The position numbers were made by a program, and so were the translations under genes. Below, one piece after another: positions 40,295 to 50,028 of a stretch of 64,000 bases of DNA (positions are counted from its first letter, which is position 1; each line of letters starts with the position of its first letter). Source of the DNA: a virus; the IMG/VR virus record IMGVR_UViG_3300037493_001906, positions 32,001 through 96,000 of that record; one strand, written 5' to 3'. The notes under the pieces were generated by a model. It was given only the letters and a program-made list of their open reading frames with translations, had not been told where the DNA came from and did no database searches.

Positions 40295-41923
40295 TTAGAA
40301 TGATCCACCAGTGATTGGGTTTCTCATAACAATTTTCAATACCTTAGTAGGATCTTTCACCCAAATTGCAGGCATTGTTTGAGTCATCATGACACGGTAT
40401 CCATTGAACTGACCAGAGCTTTGGAAGCCTTGTGTACGTCCCATGTAATCCATTGTACCATTTTGATACCACCATTTTAGTTGATTATCCCAAGATAATT
40501 TTAGCATGAAGATATTATCATTACCAGTGTCAGTGATGTCAAAGATAATGAAGCTATAAGATGACAAAGGATTACCATCAATGATTGGGTTTTCAATGTC
40601 ATTTGTATGCAAGTTATCAAAAGCTGGGTTAAGAACAAACTTAACATTAGCTAAGAAAGGAATAACATAACTTGTGAACGCAAATCCAAAGTTAAGATCC
40701 ATTGCACTTGTACCATTGATAGCACCAATACCAGCGTTGCTAGCAGCTTGAATAACAAGACCTGAGTTAGCAGCTTCACGTTTGATAGCCTCATTTACAA
40801 GACGCATACCACCCATACCTGTTTGTACAATCAATTGACGTTTTGGATCTGGTCCTTGAAATTCAACCCTACCTGCGTAGAAGTTATAAATTTCAGAGCG
40901 GAACAATTCCAAGTTGAAGTTAGATTTGTTGTATACTCTTTTGAAAGAGTTATCCAACTGTTTCCAAAGACCCACAGATAAACGCATATCATCTGGACCA
41001 TCTTGCTTAATACGTCCACCATGTCCCCACATCAAGTAGGTTTCAATGTCAGTAGCAATTTTAGTCAAGTGAGCAGCTTCCATAGAAGTAAGGAAAGTTC
41101 TGGTTAAAGTACCATTACCTACTGCACGCTTCAAATAGTCTTTACCCATTTTAGAAGCAATGTCTTCAATTTTAGTGATTGAAGGATCTAGAGTTTTATC
41201 AAAGTTTCTCCAGATTTCAGTTACAGGAACTGTACCATCTGCATTCATACCACCTTTGATCATCATGTCAGCTTTAGAGCTGATAGAATAATGTACGTGA
41301 GCTTCAGCACCACCTACAAAGTTGTAGAATTCACGGAATCCAGCTCTTGTCTGAATATCAGAAAATCTTTCACCATATTCACCTCTTGCAGAACCTTTTC
41401 TGAAAAGTTTGGTTTGTGGTTTAATGTATTTGTTATCAAGAAACTTGTAGTTATCATTGTTAACCAACTGTACTGTGTAGATGAAACCATCTCCCATAGG
41501 AAGAATATCATCAGCAGTAATGTACATCTCCACACCATTGTATTTGTCATAAGTGATAATATCACCATGTCCAAATTCACGTTTGTTGATTTTGATCTTG
41601 AAGGTTGTACCATCAATACCTTTTTGTTGATTAGTTGATTCAATGTCTTCAAGGATATAAGGAAGATCCTGGCTAACAGGGGTCTGCCATTTATACTCAC
41701 CACGGGCATTGTCTACCATGATAATGTTTTTGCCACCAAAGGATGACAATTGATACAAAGGCATTTCTACCTTTTGTGTCATAGCCCAAATATCTACTGG
41801 ACCCAAATCCATGGGTTCAGAGTCTTTAAGCATGTTTACTAAGTGGTAAGAATCCACGTGTGAACTAGCATTGTAGTTCGTATCACGAAGGAGTATACCA
41901 TTGTTTAAAACTGGAGTGCTCAT
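40295..41923 (-). CDS. Major capsid protein (crAss-like), 542 aa
   Basis: Follows portal and scaffold, strongly optimised codons, terminator downstream; LFRKGSARGEYGERFSDI and TQTMPAIWVKDPTK motifs. Confidence 0.85.
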   Translation of the reverse strand: MSTPVLNNGILLRDTNYNASSHVDSYHLVNMLKDSEPMDLGPVDIWAMTQKVEMPLYQLSSFGGKNIIMVDNARGEYKWQTPVSQDLPYILEDIESTNQQKGIDGTTFKIKINKREFGHGDIITYDKYNGVEMYITADDILPMGDGFIYTVQLVNNDNYKFLDNKYIKPQTKLFRKGSARGEYGERFSDIQTRAGFREFYNFVGGAEAHVHYSISSKADMMIKGGMNADGTVPVTEIWRNFDKTLDPSITKIEDIASKMGKDYLKRAVGNGTLTRTFLTSMEAAHLTKIATDIETYLMWGHGGRIKQDGPDDMRLSVGLWKQLDNSFKRVYNKSNFNLELFRSEIYNFYAGRVEFQGPDPKRQLIVQTGMGGMRLVNEAIKREAANSGLVIQAASNAGIGAINGTSAMDLNFGFAFTSYVIPFLANVKFVLNPAFDNLHTNDIENPIIDGNPLSSYSFIIFDITDTGNDNIFMLKLSWDNQLKWWYQNGTMDYMGRTQGFQSSGQFNGYRVMMTQTMPAIWVKDPTKVLKIVMRNPITGGSF

Positions 41924-41963
41924 TCTTTTTTAAAATTTAGTTATTAATTAATTGATTAGTTAT

Positions 41964-42116
41964 TTATTTTTTTACTGCTCCACCTTTTTTCATAGGAGGT
42001 TTAGCTGTTTTACTTTTTTTTGTAGCAGTTTTAGATGTTTCTTCTTTTTTTGCCCATGGTGGTACCCATTTACCACCTTTTGCTGCAGCAGCAGCTTTCT
42101 TTTTTGGAGTTGCCAT
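41964..42116 (-). CDS. Lys/Ala-rich micro-protein, 50 aa (MATPKKKAAAAAKGGKWVPPW...PMKKGGAVKK)
   Basis: Translated by hand; lies between scaffold and MCP. The + strand ORF 41952..42158 is its antisense shadow. Confidence 0.75.
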   Translation of the reverse strand: MATPKKKAAAAAKGGKWVPPWAKKEETSKTATKKSKTAKPPMKKGGAVKK

Positions 42117-42134
42117 TATATATTAAAGTTTAAA

Positions 42135-43391
42135 TTATCTTTTAAAGAAATTTTGTGAAGGTCTAGAAATACCTGATTTTTTAGGTCCACTAGATGGTTT
42201 ATCTTCTTGTTCATTGTAAGAAGCATTTTTTCTACCTTCTTCAGATTTAAGTTGTCTAACTGTATTAGCTACAACTTCTTTTTTACCACCTTCTTTTACT
42301 TTAGATTTATATCCATCTGGATCAGCAAGTAACCAAAGAGCTTCAGCAAGTAGACCATGATTTGGTTCTACATATTGATACTTCTCTAGAAGATGACCTA
42401 GTAGATTAGTTTGTTTACCAGATACTGAAGGATAGTTTGGTTGAACCAAGCCAGAGAACAATAAGTTTTGAGTTTTTCTGTCAAGCTTAATCCCATTTAA
42501 ATCTCCTGGCTCAAGTGTTTTATAAACACTGTCCATATAATGTTGAGATTGTTCAGCTTGTTGTGCACGTAATTGTTCTTGTTGTTGTAGTTGATATTGG
42601 ATATGTCTCTCAGATAAAGCATCTAATTTTGGTTTAAATTTATTTGCTTTATTTTCTAATTCACCTCTATCTTCCCAACCATCTATTTCTTCCTCAATCT
42701 CATCAGGAGTACCAAAATTTGTAGCTTGGAGATAACTACGAACAATGCTTTTTTGATCATTTTCATCTGTTGTGTCTAAGGATTTAACTTCTTCTACTGC
42801 AGCAAGAGCTCTAAAGAAACCTTTAAGATCTTCTCCACCATCAGCTACATATTTTGCTGCGGCTTGAAGTTCACCAGGTAATGATTCAAAGAATTCTGCA
42901 GGAACTTGTTGACGCATCTTTTTTTCCTTTTCTTGAAAATTAGCTTCTAATAATTCTTCAAAATCTTGAAGAGTATATTTATCTAAAGGCTTATCATCAT
43001 CAAAAGGAACAAGAAGATTTTTTTCAATAAGTTTATTTGTAAGTTCTACAAGACCTGCTTTATCTATTTTAGGTCTTCCTGTAGTTTTACCTACTTCATT
43101 ATCATCATCATCTTCATCTATATTAAGCATACTATCTATTTCAGATTTTGAAACTGGAGCTTTAAACTCTTGTTTCTCATCTTCTTTAGAATCAGATGTA
43201 TTACTTATATCTTCTTTTTCAATTGGTTTATCTAAAAAGGATACATCAACAGTACTTCTACTGAAGAGATTATTTTTTGATTCTTCTTTTTTGTCACCAG
43301 AAGGAAGCATGACACTATCCCCAATATTGAGGATATCATCTAGATTCATATCTACTGTTTCTACTGAAGTTGTTTCTCTATTTTCACTCAT
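42135..43391 (-). CDS. Putative capsid scaffolding protein, 418 aa
   Basis: Acidic and helical; located between portal and MCP. Confidence 0.7.
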   Translation of the reverse strand: MSENRETTSVETVDMNLDDILNIGDSVMLPSGDKKEESKNNLFSRSTVDVSFLDKPIEKEDISNTSDSKEDEKQEFKAPVSKSEIDSMLNIDEDDDDNEVGKTTGRPKIDKAGLVELTNKLIEKNLLVPFDDDKPLDKYTLQDFEELLEANFQEKEKKMRQQVPAEFFESLPGELQAAAKYVADGGEDLKGFFRALAAVEEVKSLDTTDENDQKSIVRSYLQATNFGTPDEIEEEIDGWEDRGELENKANKFKPKLDALSERHIQYQLQQQEQLRAQQAEQSQHYMDSVYKTLEPGDLNGIKLDRKTQNLLFSGLVQPNYPSVSGKQTNLLGHLLEKYQYVEPNHGLLAEALWLLADPDGYKSKVKEGGKKEVVANTVRQLKSEEGRKNASYNEQEDKPSSGPKKSGISRPSQNFFKR

Positions 43392-43406
43392 AGTATTTTG
43401 GTTTAT

Positions 43407-43430
43407 TGGTTGGTTAATTTGACTGACATA
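43407..43430 (-). promoter_or_regulatory. Leader motif TATGTCAGTC-AAATT-AACCAACCA, copy 2
   Basis: Upstream of the scaffold ATG and just downstream of a TAAATTTG box. Confidence 0.55.
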
Positions 43431-43440
43431 ATTAATATAG

Positions 43441-43448
43441 CAAATTTA
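43441..43448 (-). promoter_or_regulatory. Bacteroidota-type -7 promoter box TAnnTTTG (also 15254-15261, 33408-33415, 35232-35239, 52809-52816)
   Basis: Matches the established Bacteroidetes primary-sigma consensus and sits in intergenic gaps upstream of late genes. Confidence 0.5.
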
Positions 43449-43518
43449 TACAAATAAACTTTATAAATTTGAATACTATACATATTTAAAATAAAATTTT
43501 GTGCACTACATAGCTAAG

Positions 43519-46290
43519 TTATTTTTTCTTTTTGCTGTTATCTTTAGCTTTCACATCAAATCTATTTTTATTTTCTTTGGCAATGTTAAGTTCCATTTGT
43601 TTCATTGCTAATTGAGCTTGAATTTTTTCTTCAGCAATCATATGTTTCTTATCACTCATCATGCTCTTATTGTTTTCTTTTTGTTGACCTAGTGCCATAG
43701 TTTGTTGAAACTCATCTGATTGTTGAATCATACCTAATGCATCCATATAATCAGATTGCTGATTAGTATTAACATCTTGCATAGCACCATAACCAGCTGA
43801 CTTAATCTCAGCAACAAGTAAATCTCTTCTTCTATCTTTTTCTTTCTCAAGACTAGATCTATCAAGCTCCATTTGTTTATCTTGAGTTCTTTGCTGCATC
43901 TCCATCTCCTTCATTTGCTGTTCATGTTGCATTTGTTCTTGACGTTGAGTAGTAGATTTTTTCTCTGTTGCTTTAAGAACATGATTAAGTTCTGACATGC
44001 TTTCTGCTTGCATAACATTACCAAGATCGTAAATAGTAGCACCTGTAGTATTATTAGTAACAACCAATTGTTTGAATTGCTCTAGCATGGATCTGTGGTT
44101 TGCCTTTGTAGTTGCAAAAATATTAAGATCTCTAGCTAATAAATCTGTACCATTAATTTCAAAATTAACTTTTTCATCATTAGAAGTCATGTATTGTAAT
44201 CTAACACTTGGCTTTCTTGAATGATAATACTGAGCTAAGTCTGTTCTCATTTGATGAATCCTAGGCATTAGATAATCACAATGCTGCATAAAGTAAACTT
44301 CTGTTTGAGCAAAAGAACCTGTTACAGCTTGTTCAATACCTTTAGCAGTATCTGTTTGACCTATTTGCTGTCCCAGCCTTTGTGGTGTAATACCAATAAC
44401 TTCAAAAGCCTGATTTTTAAAGTAACTAGCTAATTGAACCCTAGATAACATTCTTTGAGTTTGTTCTAAATTCAAAGTTTGGAAGTGCTGAAAAGCTAAA
44501 GGATTTTCTGTATTAGTAATAGTTGTATCTAAGGGCAACATTTGGAAATTCTTCATTGCCACATATGCTTTGGCCAAATTGTTCTTTCCCCAGTCTTCAT
44601 TCATTGAGTGTCTAGGTAAAGCATTTTGATCAAGCAAGATTACTGTACCAAGTTCATCTACTAGAATATCTGCAATCTGATTATTTACAATATTGTATCC
44701 AATTTGGAAAGGCTTCATAAGATCAACCATAGCTGTAGATCTAGTATTTCTATCTGAGAATACAGCTCCCTCTACAGGTAGTTTACAACCATAAAGACTA
44801 TTATCACCTTTAAATTGGAATCTTAATGGACCTGATTTGTTTTTATCAATACCAAGATACATAGGATTAATACCTCCAGGATTATTCATACCCCAGAAAC
44901 TAGGATGATTAGGTCCAATCTTAACTCCACCCCAAACTTCATTGATCCAAATCCAATCTATGTGTTCTCCAAAGATTAAATTATCTTTAGATTTGTTTTT
45001 AATTAATCTAGTATTATAAACTGGTTTATCAATTACATCATAATCCTCATCTATAATATCAGTTATTACTTCACCTGACTCAGATACTTTTGTAAGATGA
45101 CCAACTTTTCTTTGGCTTTTCCAGTAGGACGTAGTGACTCTAAGTAAAAAACTAGACCCCATAGGAGCATAATCTTCACCTTCTGCCATAATCCAATTAA
45201 TAATATCACCACCAGGAGCAATACTATTGTCCCACATAGAAGTATACTGCCTATAAGCAAGGCCTGGCATAGCAGTATTCCAATCATGACCTTTTGTAGC
45301 ATCGTAGTATGAACCATCATTTTGATAACCTTGTAGTGGATAACCTGCAGACCTTACAGGATAAATTGCTTCAATTGACTCTAATTGTTCTTGAGTCATA
45401 ATATAACCATACTTATCTATAACATCAGCTATAGTCATCATATCTATTCTACCTGCCCAGTTACCCTGAGAGATGTATCTATTGTCTGGTGATTTGTGGT
45501 AGAAAGATAATACAGGATTCCAAAGCTCTACTTCATAATCATCCTCACCCATTCTAAAGTGCCAGAATTCTCTATCTGTAATAAGCATATCTCTAAAAGC
45601 TCTTTCCTCAAGCTCATCCATTCTGAATCTTTCTTCATCAACTTTCATCTGATGAGATGCCCATTGTTCTACCATGGACCTATAATCTTTATCAAAAAAT
45701 CCTTGAATCTCAGGAAGAGTTTTAAGATTTTCTGGATCCATTTGTTGTTGGATTTGTTGCTGTACTTCAGGATCATTTGGATCCATGCCTTGTTGAAGCA
45801 TAGCTTGTAACAACTTTGATTCAGCTTGAGAGTATAATACTTTCTCTACTTGTTGTCTTTTTGATTCAAGTTGTTCATTATAAGAAAACTCATCTACAGT
45901 TCTAAAAGTAACTTTAGTATTTCTTTTTGCAAACTCAGAAACTAATACATTAACTACATTAGGAATAATAGGATAAAATTTAAGTTCTAAAGCACTTGCA
46001 TCTTCTCTTGTTAGAGTTTCTACAAGATCTCTCATCTCATTATCTTCTTCTACAATGTAATCATCTCTATCTATTACCCCTTTAGCTAACTTGTAGTTTT
46101 TCATAAGCCTGCGTGCATTCCTACGTATTTGCTTAAGACCATTCCACTCTAGCCAATCTAGATTCCAAGCTGTCCACTCAGGATCTTTTTCTTTTCTTGG
46201 TATAAACTGTATTGGTTGGGTTATAGAACCCATACGGTTATACTCTGATTTAGCTCCAGCTTTTAACTGCATTGCATTTAGAACACGCAT
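43519..46290 (-). CDS. Portal protein (crAss-like), 923 aa
   Basis: Between TerL and scaffold; LKFYPIIPNVVNVLVSEF, WIWINEVWGGVKIG and MVDLMKPFQIGYN motifs. Confidence 0.9.
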   Translation of the reverse strand: MRVLNAMQLKAGAKSEYNRMGSITQPIQFIPRKEKDPEWTAWNLDWLEWNGLKQIRRNARRLMKNYKLAKGVIDRDDYIVEEDNEMRDLVETLTREDASALELKFYPIIPNVVNVLVSEFAKRNTKVTFRTVDEFSYNEQLESKRQQVEKVLYSQAESKLLQAMLQQGMDPNDPEVQQQIQQQMDPENLKTLPEIQGFFDKDYRSMVEQWASHQMKVDEERFRMDELEERAFRDMLITDREFWHFRMGEDDYEVELWNPVLSFYHKSPDNRYISQGNWAGRIDMMTIADVIDKYGYIMTQEQLESIEAIYPVRSAGYPLQGYQNDGSYYDATKGHDWNTAMPGLAYRQYTSMWDNSIAPGGDIINWIMAEGEDYAPMGSSFLLRVTTSYWKSQRKVGHLTKVSESGEVITDIIDEDYDVIDKPVYNTRLIKNKSKDNLIFGEHIDWIWINEVWGGVKIGPNHPSFWGMNNPGGINPMYLGIDKNKSGPLRFQFKGDNSLYGCKLPVEGAVFSDRNTRSTAMVDLMKPFQIGYNIVNNQIADILVDELGTVILLDQNALPRHSMNEDWGKNNLAKAYVAMKNFQMLPLDTTITNTENPLAFQHFQTLNLEQTQRMLSRVQLASYFKNQAFEVIGITPQRLGQQIGQTDTAKGIEQAVTGSFAQTEVYFMQHCDYLMPRIHQMRTDLAQYYHSRKPSVRLQYMTSNDEKVNFEINGTDLLARDLNIFATTKANHRSMLEQFKQLVVTNNTTGATIYDLGNVMQAESMSELNHVLKATEKKSTTQRQEQMQHEQQMKEMEMQQRTQDKQMELDRSSLEKEKDRRRDLLVAEIKSAGYGAMQDVNTNQQSDYMDALGMIQQSDEFQQTMALGQQKENNKSMMSDKKHMIAEEKIQAQLAMKQMELNIAKENKNRFDVKAKDNSKKKK

Positions 46291-46291
46291 T

Positions 46292-46978
46292 TTATATAAA
46301 TTTTAAATTAAACACTCCTTTTTTAATCAATCTTGTCATATGACAAGCTGATTTATGATAATATAATGCACAATCTGTTATAGATTGAAAAATTATACCT
46401 GTATCAAAATTTTTAACTTTTTTCTTTAATTTTGAAACTCTTTTATTTATTGTTTCTTGACTATGCTTTCTTCCAAGTTGAGCTTGTCTATTTATTTCTT
46501 TTTGATAATCTGGTAATTTTTTACCAAAATTAGGATTACCTAAACCTTTTAAATGACCTGTTCTTTTAGCAATTAACTCTGAAGATTGTTTTTTACCATA
46601 CATTGGGTTTTTCTTTCCAAGTCTACTATCTGAAATCTTCTTTCTACTTTCTTGTGAGAGTTCTGTGACACCTTCACCACCATTTGTCATATTACATAAT
46701 TTTCCAAGACCTAAATCTGATCTTCCATAAGTCATAATAAATAACTTTTCTTTTGTTTCAGCTTCAGTCTGTGTAAGATTATCAAGTAAAATATTTACAA
46801 TAAAATGACCTTCACATTTATCTACTATTCGTTGCCAATAAATGTTTCTATTTTTTGTAGTATGGGCTCTTTGATATTTCCATTTTTTCTGGTATCTGCC
46901 AAGTCCAATATAAAACACATCTCCTGTATCAGGTCTTATATGTCTGTATATATAGAATATTGCATTTAGAACCTTCAT
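46292..46978 (-). mobile_element. Free-standing GIY-YIG-family homing endonuclease with NUMOD3-like repeats, 228 aa
   Basis: FYIYRHIRPDTGDVFYIG; LCNMTNGGEG; SRKKISDSRLGKKNPMYGKK repeats. Confidence 0.85.
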
Positions 46979-46979
46979 A

Positions 46980-49184
46980 TTATCTTATATTTTTAAATGG
47001 GCTTCTTGAATGTCTCATTGATTCATTATGACTTCTTGATCTTCCAAGATGCTTAAAAGGGTTTGTATTTAATTTAAACAAATTTGCTGACTTTTCCAAG
47101 TGTTTTTTATCTAACACCTCTACTCTCTTTCTATAACCACGATTAGCTTGCTGCACTTTAGCAAAGGAAATAAGAGCTGCTAAAGCAACTAACCTATCCA
47201 CGTTGATGGTATCATTATAAGATTCCATCTCTTTCATAGCCATTATATCTGGTATTCTTTCTATACCATATGATGTTTTAACAATGGTGCCATCTTCTTT
47301 AGTTTCTGTATCTATTTCTTCTCTGAGAAATTCAATAAGATAACTAAGAAGGTGAGCTTTAAAGATTGTACTAACATTTTTCCATCCATATTCTTGGAAC
47401 ACATTCCTATTAGCACCTAGATCTTTAAGAAATAGTATCTGGTCTTTAGGAACAAGGTATTTTTGTTTTCTTTTAGAAATCATGTATTGGATAAACAAGG
47501 ACACGTTATTCTCTATAATTGTCCATGCATTATACCACTCTATAATTAACTCTAGTCTTTGATGAGTTTTTGTAATGTCATCAAATCTACCACACCAGGC
47601 AGCTACAATCTTATCCTTTTCTATAAAGGATTCTACAGTATCTGTATCTATTCTTGTTACTTCAACTGGATTCTTATATACATATATAGAACAAAGTGAA
47701 TCACTTGTTGTAGTTTTTCCTTCTGAAACTGGATCCACAGAAGCATAGTAAGTTCCCCACTCAGATTTAGGATCTGGTTTTTCCCATACTACAATAGTTC
47801 CTGTTTTATCCTCAGTCTTTTTAGAGATTGGAAAATCAGAGATAGGTAACTTATTAGTTAACTTATGCTCTACTTTACCGTCTGTAGTTCTAAATAGTTC
47901 TACAAATTCATAAGCATAATCTTTTTCTTCAATTCTTCTTTTCTGAGCTGCTACTAAGTGTTGAGGAAAAACAGAAAGTTTTCTATAAGCAAATGCTTCA
48001 GCAATATTTCTTGGATGCTGAGAAATCCTAAGTTGGTATTTTTCAGGACTAAGATCTTTCTTCCATTTTTCAAACTTAATGTTAAGAGCCTCTAAAGCTT
48101 GTTCAACTAATGAGTTTCCAAACTCATCAATGTAAGGAGGCATAGACCATTGTTCTGGAATAAAGAGACCTGACACACCTATAGTACCTTTATCATCTAA
48201 TAGATTTGTCTCTACTGCATAGATACTGTGTGGTTCAGGATTAAGCATCATTTCCTTAAGAGGTTCACATTGGTCAAGATCACCCACGGATCCTGCAGCT
48301 ATAAAAGTTCCTGTTGTTATATCTCCAGACTGTAAAGCAGGAAATAAATACTCTACTGTTTTGTCCATGTTAGGAGCAATCCCAGCTTCTTCATAAAAGA
48401 AGTACCTGATTGCACCACCCACTCCAGCTGTATCACTTTGTTCAAAACTAGTTCCTTGGATAGTTCCTTTAAGACCTTTGTAAGTTGACCTACCATTGTA
48501 ATCTGTATCTTCAATTTGTTGTTGCCACATTAATACTTTATTAGGAGACATTGGCCTATACCAAGCTGTCTTGTCATCTAAGAAAGATTTGTATTCTGTT
48601 AGAAACTTCCATGAACCCTTATCATTTATATAATCCTTTAGACTTGCACCCATCTTTAATATAGGTGTTTCTTCAAACCAAATTTGATTAATGAATTTAG
48701 CCATATGGAAATATGATGACCCAAATTGACGTTTCTTTAGGACAGCAGCATGGGTATAGTGTAGCTCTGCTAATAGTTCATAAAGAGCCATATGATATTG
48801 CCCATCCCAAACTTCTGGAAAGTCAAACTTCTTTTTTACTTTATCATTAATAGGTAAAAAGTTAATCCACATATAGTATTCTCTAGTGAGATACCATGTA
48901 TCAGTTTTACCTTTAAAGATTACTCCAAACCTATTTTTAAGTTTTTGATCATTCCAGTATTCTCTAAAGTCTCTTGATCCTTCAGTATATGCACAAAAGT
49001 AATTTTGATGTTGAAACTTTCTAGCTTGAGCATTAAACTCAAAGGCTGTTTCATCAAAGTTATACTGTCCTGGTTCTTTAAATAAAGACTTTATAAAATC
49101 CCTAAATTCAATCATACTACTAAAAGATGTAGTTGACCATTGACCATTTTCCCAAGTAGGTATTTCTGAATAAAAATTACTCAT
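46980..49184 (-). CDS. terL: Terminase large subunit, 734 aa
   Basis: VLKKRQFGSS (Walker A-like), FFYEEAG (Walker B), nuclease motif YYASVDPVSEG...SDS, and C-terminal DRLVA. Confidence 0.92.
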   Translation of the reverse strand: MSNFYSEIPTWENGQWSTTSFSSMIEFRDFIKSLFKEPGQYNFDETAFEFNAQARKFQHQNYFCAYTEGSRDFREYWNDQKLKNRFGVIFKGKTDTWYLTREYYMWINFLPINDKVKKKFDFPEVWDGQYHMALYELLAELHYTHAAVLKKRQFGSSYFHMAKFINQIWFEETPILKMGASLKDYINDKGSWKFLTEYKSFLDDKTAWYRPMSPNKVLMWQQQIEDTDYNGRSTYKGLKGTIQGTSFEQSDTAGVGGAIRYFFYEEAGIAPNMDKTVEYLFPALQSGDITTGTFIAAGSVGDLDQCEPLKEMMLNPEPHSIYAVETNLLDDKGTIGVSGLFIPEQWSMPPYIDEFGNSLVEQALEALNIKFEKWKKDLSPEKYQLRISQHPRNIAEAFAYRKLSVFPQHLVAAQKRRIEEKDYAYEFVELFRTTDGKVEHKLTNKLPISDFPISKKTEDKTGTIVVWEKPDPKSEWGTYYASVDPVSEGKTTTSDSLCSIYVYKNPVEVTRIDTDTVESFIEKDKIVAAWCGRFDDITKTHQRLELIIEWYNAWTIIENNVSLFIQYMISKRKQKYLVPKDQILFLKDLGANRNVFQEYGWKNVSTIFKAHLLSYLIEFLREEIDTETKEDGTIVKTSYGIERIPDIMAMKEMESYNDTINVDRLVALAALISFAKVQQANRGYRKRVEVLDKKHLEKSANLFKLNTNPFKHLGRSRSHNESMRHSRSPFKNIR

Positions 49185-49389
49185 TCAATAGTGCTTTAAC
49201 TTTATCTGGATCTCCTTGAGTATTTATGACTATTTCTATTAAGGTATCTACCTTAGAAGAAATTAACACATTTTTTAATTTTCCATTAAAATAATTACCC
49301 ATGTCTTCTTTTTTAAAGACTGCCCAGTGTTTCATATAAGGATTATAATGAAACAACCATCCATATAAATCTTCCATATTATTGGTCAT
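49177..49389 (-). CDS. Hypothetical protein, 70 aa
   Basis: Coupled ORF upstream of terL. Confidence 0.6.
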   Translation of the reverse strand: MTNNMEDLYGWLFHYNPYMKHWAVFKKEDMGNYFNGKLKNVLISSKVDTLIEIVINTQGDPDKVKALLNE

Positions 49390-49891
49390 ATGCTAATTTT
49401 TTACCACCCCTTGTCCTACCCCGTGTTTCCTCTAATTCAGCTAAAACTACTTTTTCTAGTTGTTTAAACTCCATTATAGTTTTACCTACTGATTTAATTT
49501 GTGCACTTAAAGCTGTTATATTACCATCTCTTCCTGCAGTAATACTTGTTGTCCTAGCAAATTTACCAAGTTTTTCAAGTAAGATTTTATTATCTAGATA
49601 GTATCTATAAGTAGGTGTAGTGTATAAAGTTTCAAGTTTATTAATTGCTGCTCTAATCTCATCATCCTCTAGTGTATAGTCACCAGGGAAATCATTATAT
49701 ATAATGTCATCTTTGTCTTCATCTGCAATATTTGCATATGGACTTTCTACATCAAATCTATAATAGAGAAAATTAAAAACAGGAATAGGATCCTTATAAA
49801 AATCATGAATTGCTTTAAGTTCAGGTATAGTTAGGCAATGATGATTAATCACTACAGTACCATTTACTATATCAAATATTTTTAATATCAT
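49379..49891 (-). CDS. Conserved helical protein upstream of TerL (terminase-small-like candidate), 170 aa
   Basis: Position and helical C-terminus; function inferred only. Confidence 0.45.
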   Translation of the reverse strand: MILKIFDIVNGTVVINHHCLTIPELKAIHDFYKDPIPVFNFLYYRFDVESPYANIADEDKDDIIYNDFPGDYTLEDDEIRAAINKLETLYTTPTYRYYLDNKILLEKLGKFARTTSITAGRDGNITALSAQIKSVGKTIMEFKQLEKVVLAELEETRGRTRGGKKLAYDQ

Positions 49892-50028
49892 CTTTTATTC
49901 CAATTAATATGTATTGCAAAACATAGTATGCAAATAGTTATACTTACGTATTCTGTCATAGGAAAGCCTATACCAAACATTACTCCATCAAAGTAACTAA
50001 AATCTACTTTTAATTTATATCTAGACAT
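49888..50028 (-). CDS. Small hydrophobic protein, 46 aa (MSRYKLKVDFSYFDGVMFGIGFP...)
   Basis: Translated by hand; TAATG and ATGA overlaps on either side. Confidence 0.6.
   Translation of the reverse strand: MSRYKLKVDFSYFDGVMFGIGFPMTEYVSITICILCFAIHINWNKR

Noticed and set aside
41291-41709. Alternative-frame and antisense ORFs in the MCP and other large genes (e.g. 41291..41638, 41314..41709, 1914..2240, 12290..12595, 45559..45810)
   Set aside because: Shadows of codon bias in real genes; no start context or plausible composition.
46292-46978. GIY-YIG ORF as part of a group I intron in the portal gene
   Set aside because: The ORF fills the insert, leaving no room for P3-P9 core elements; the flanking direct repeat fits a free-standing element better.
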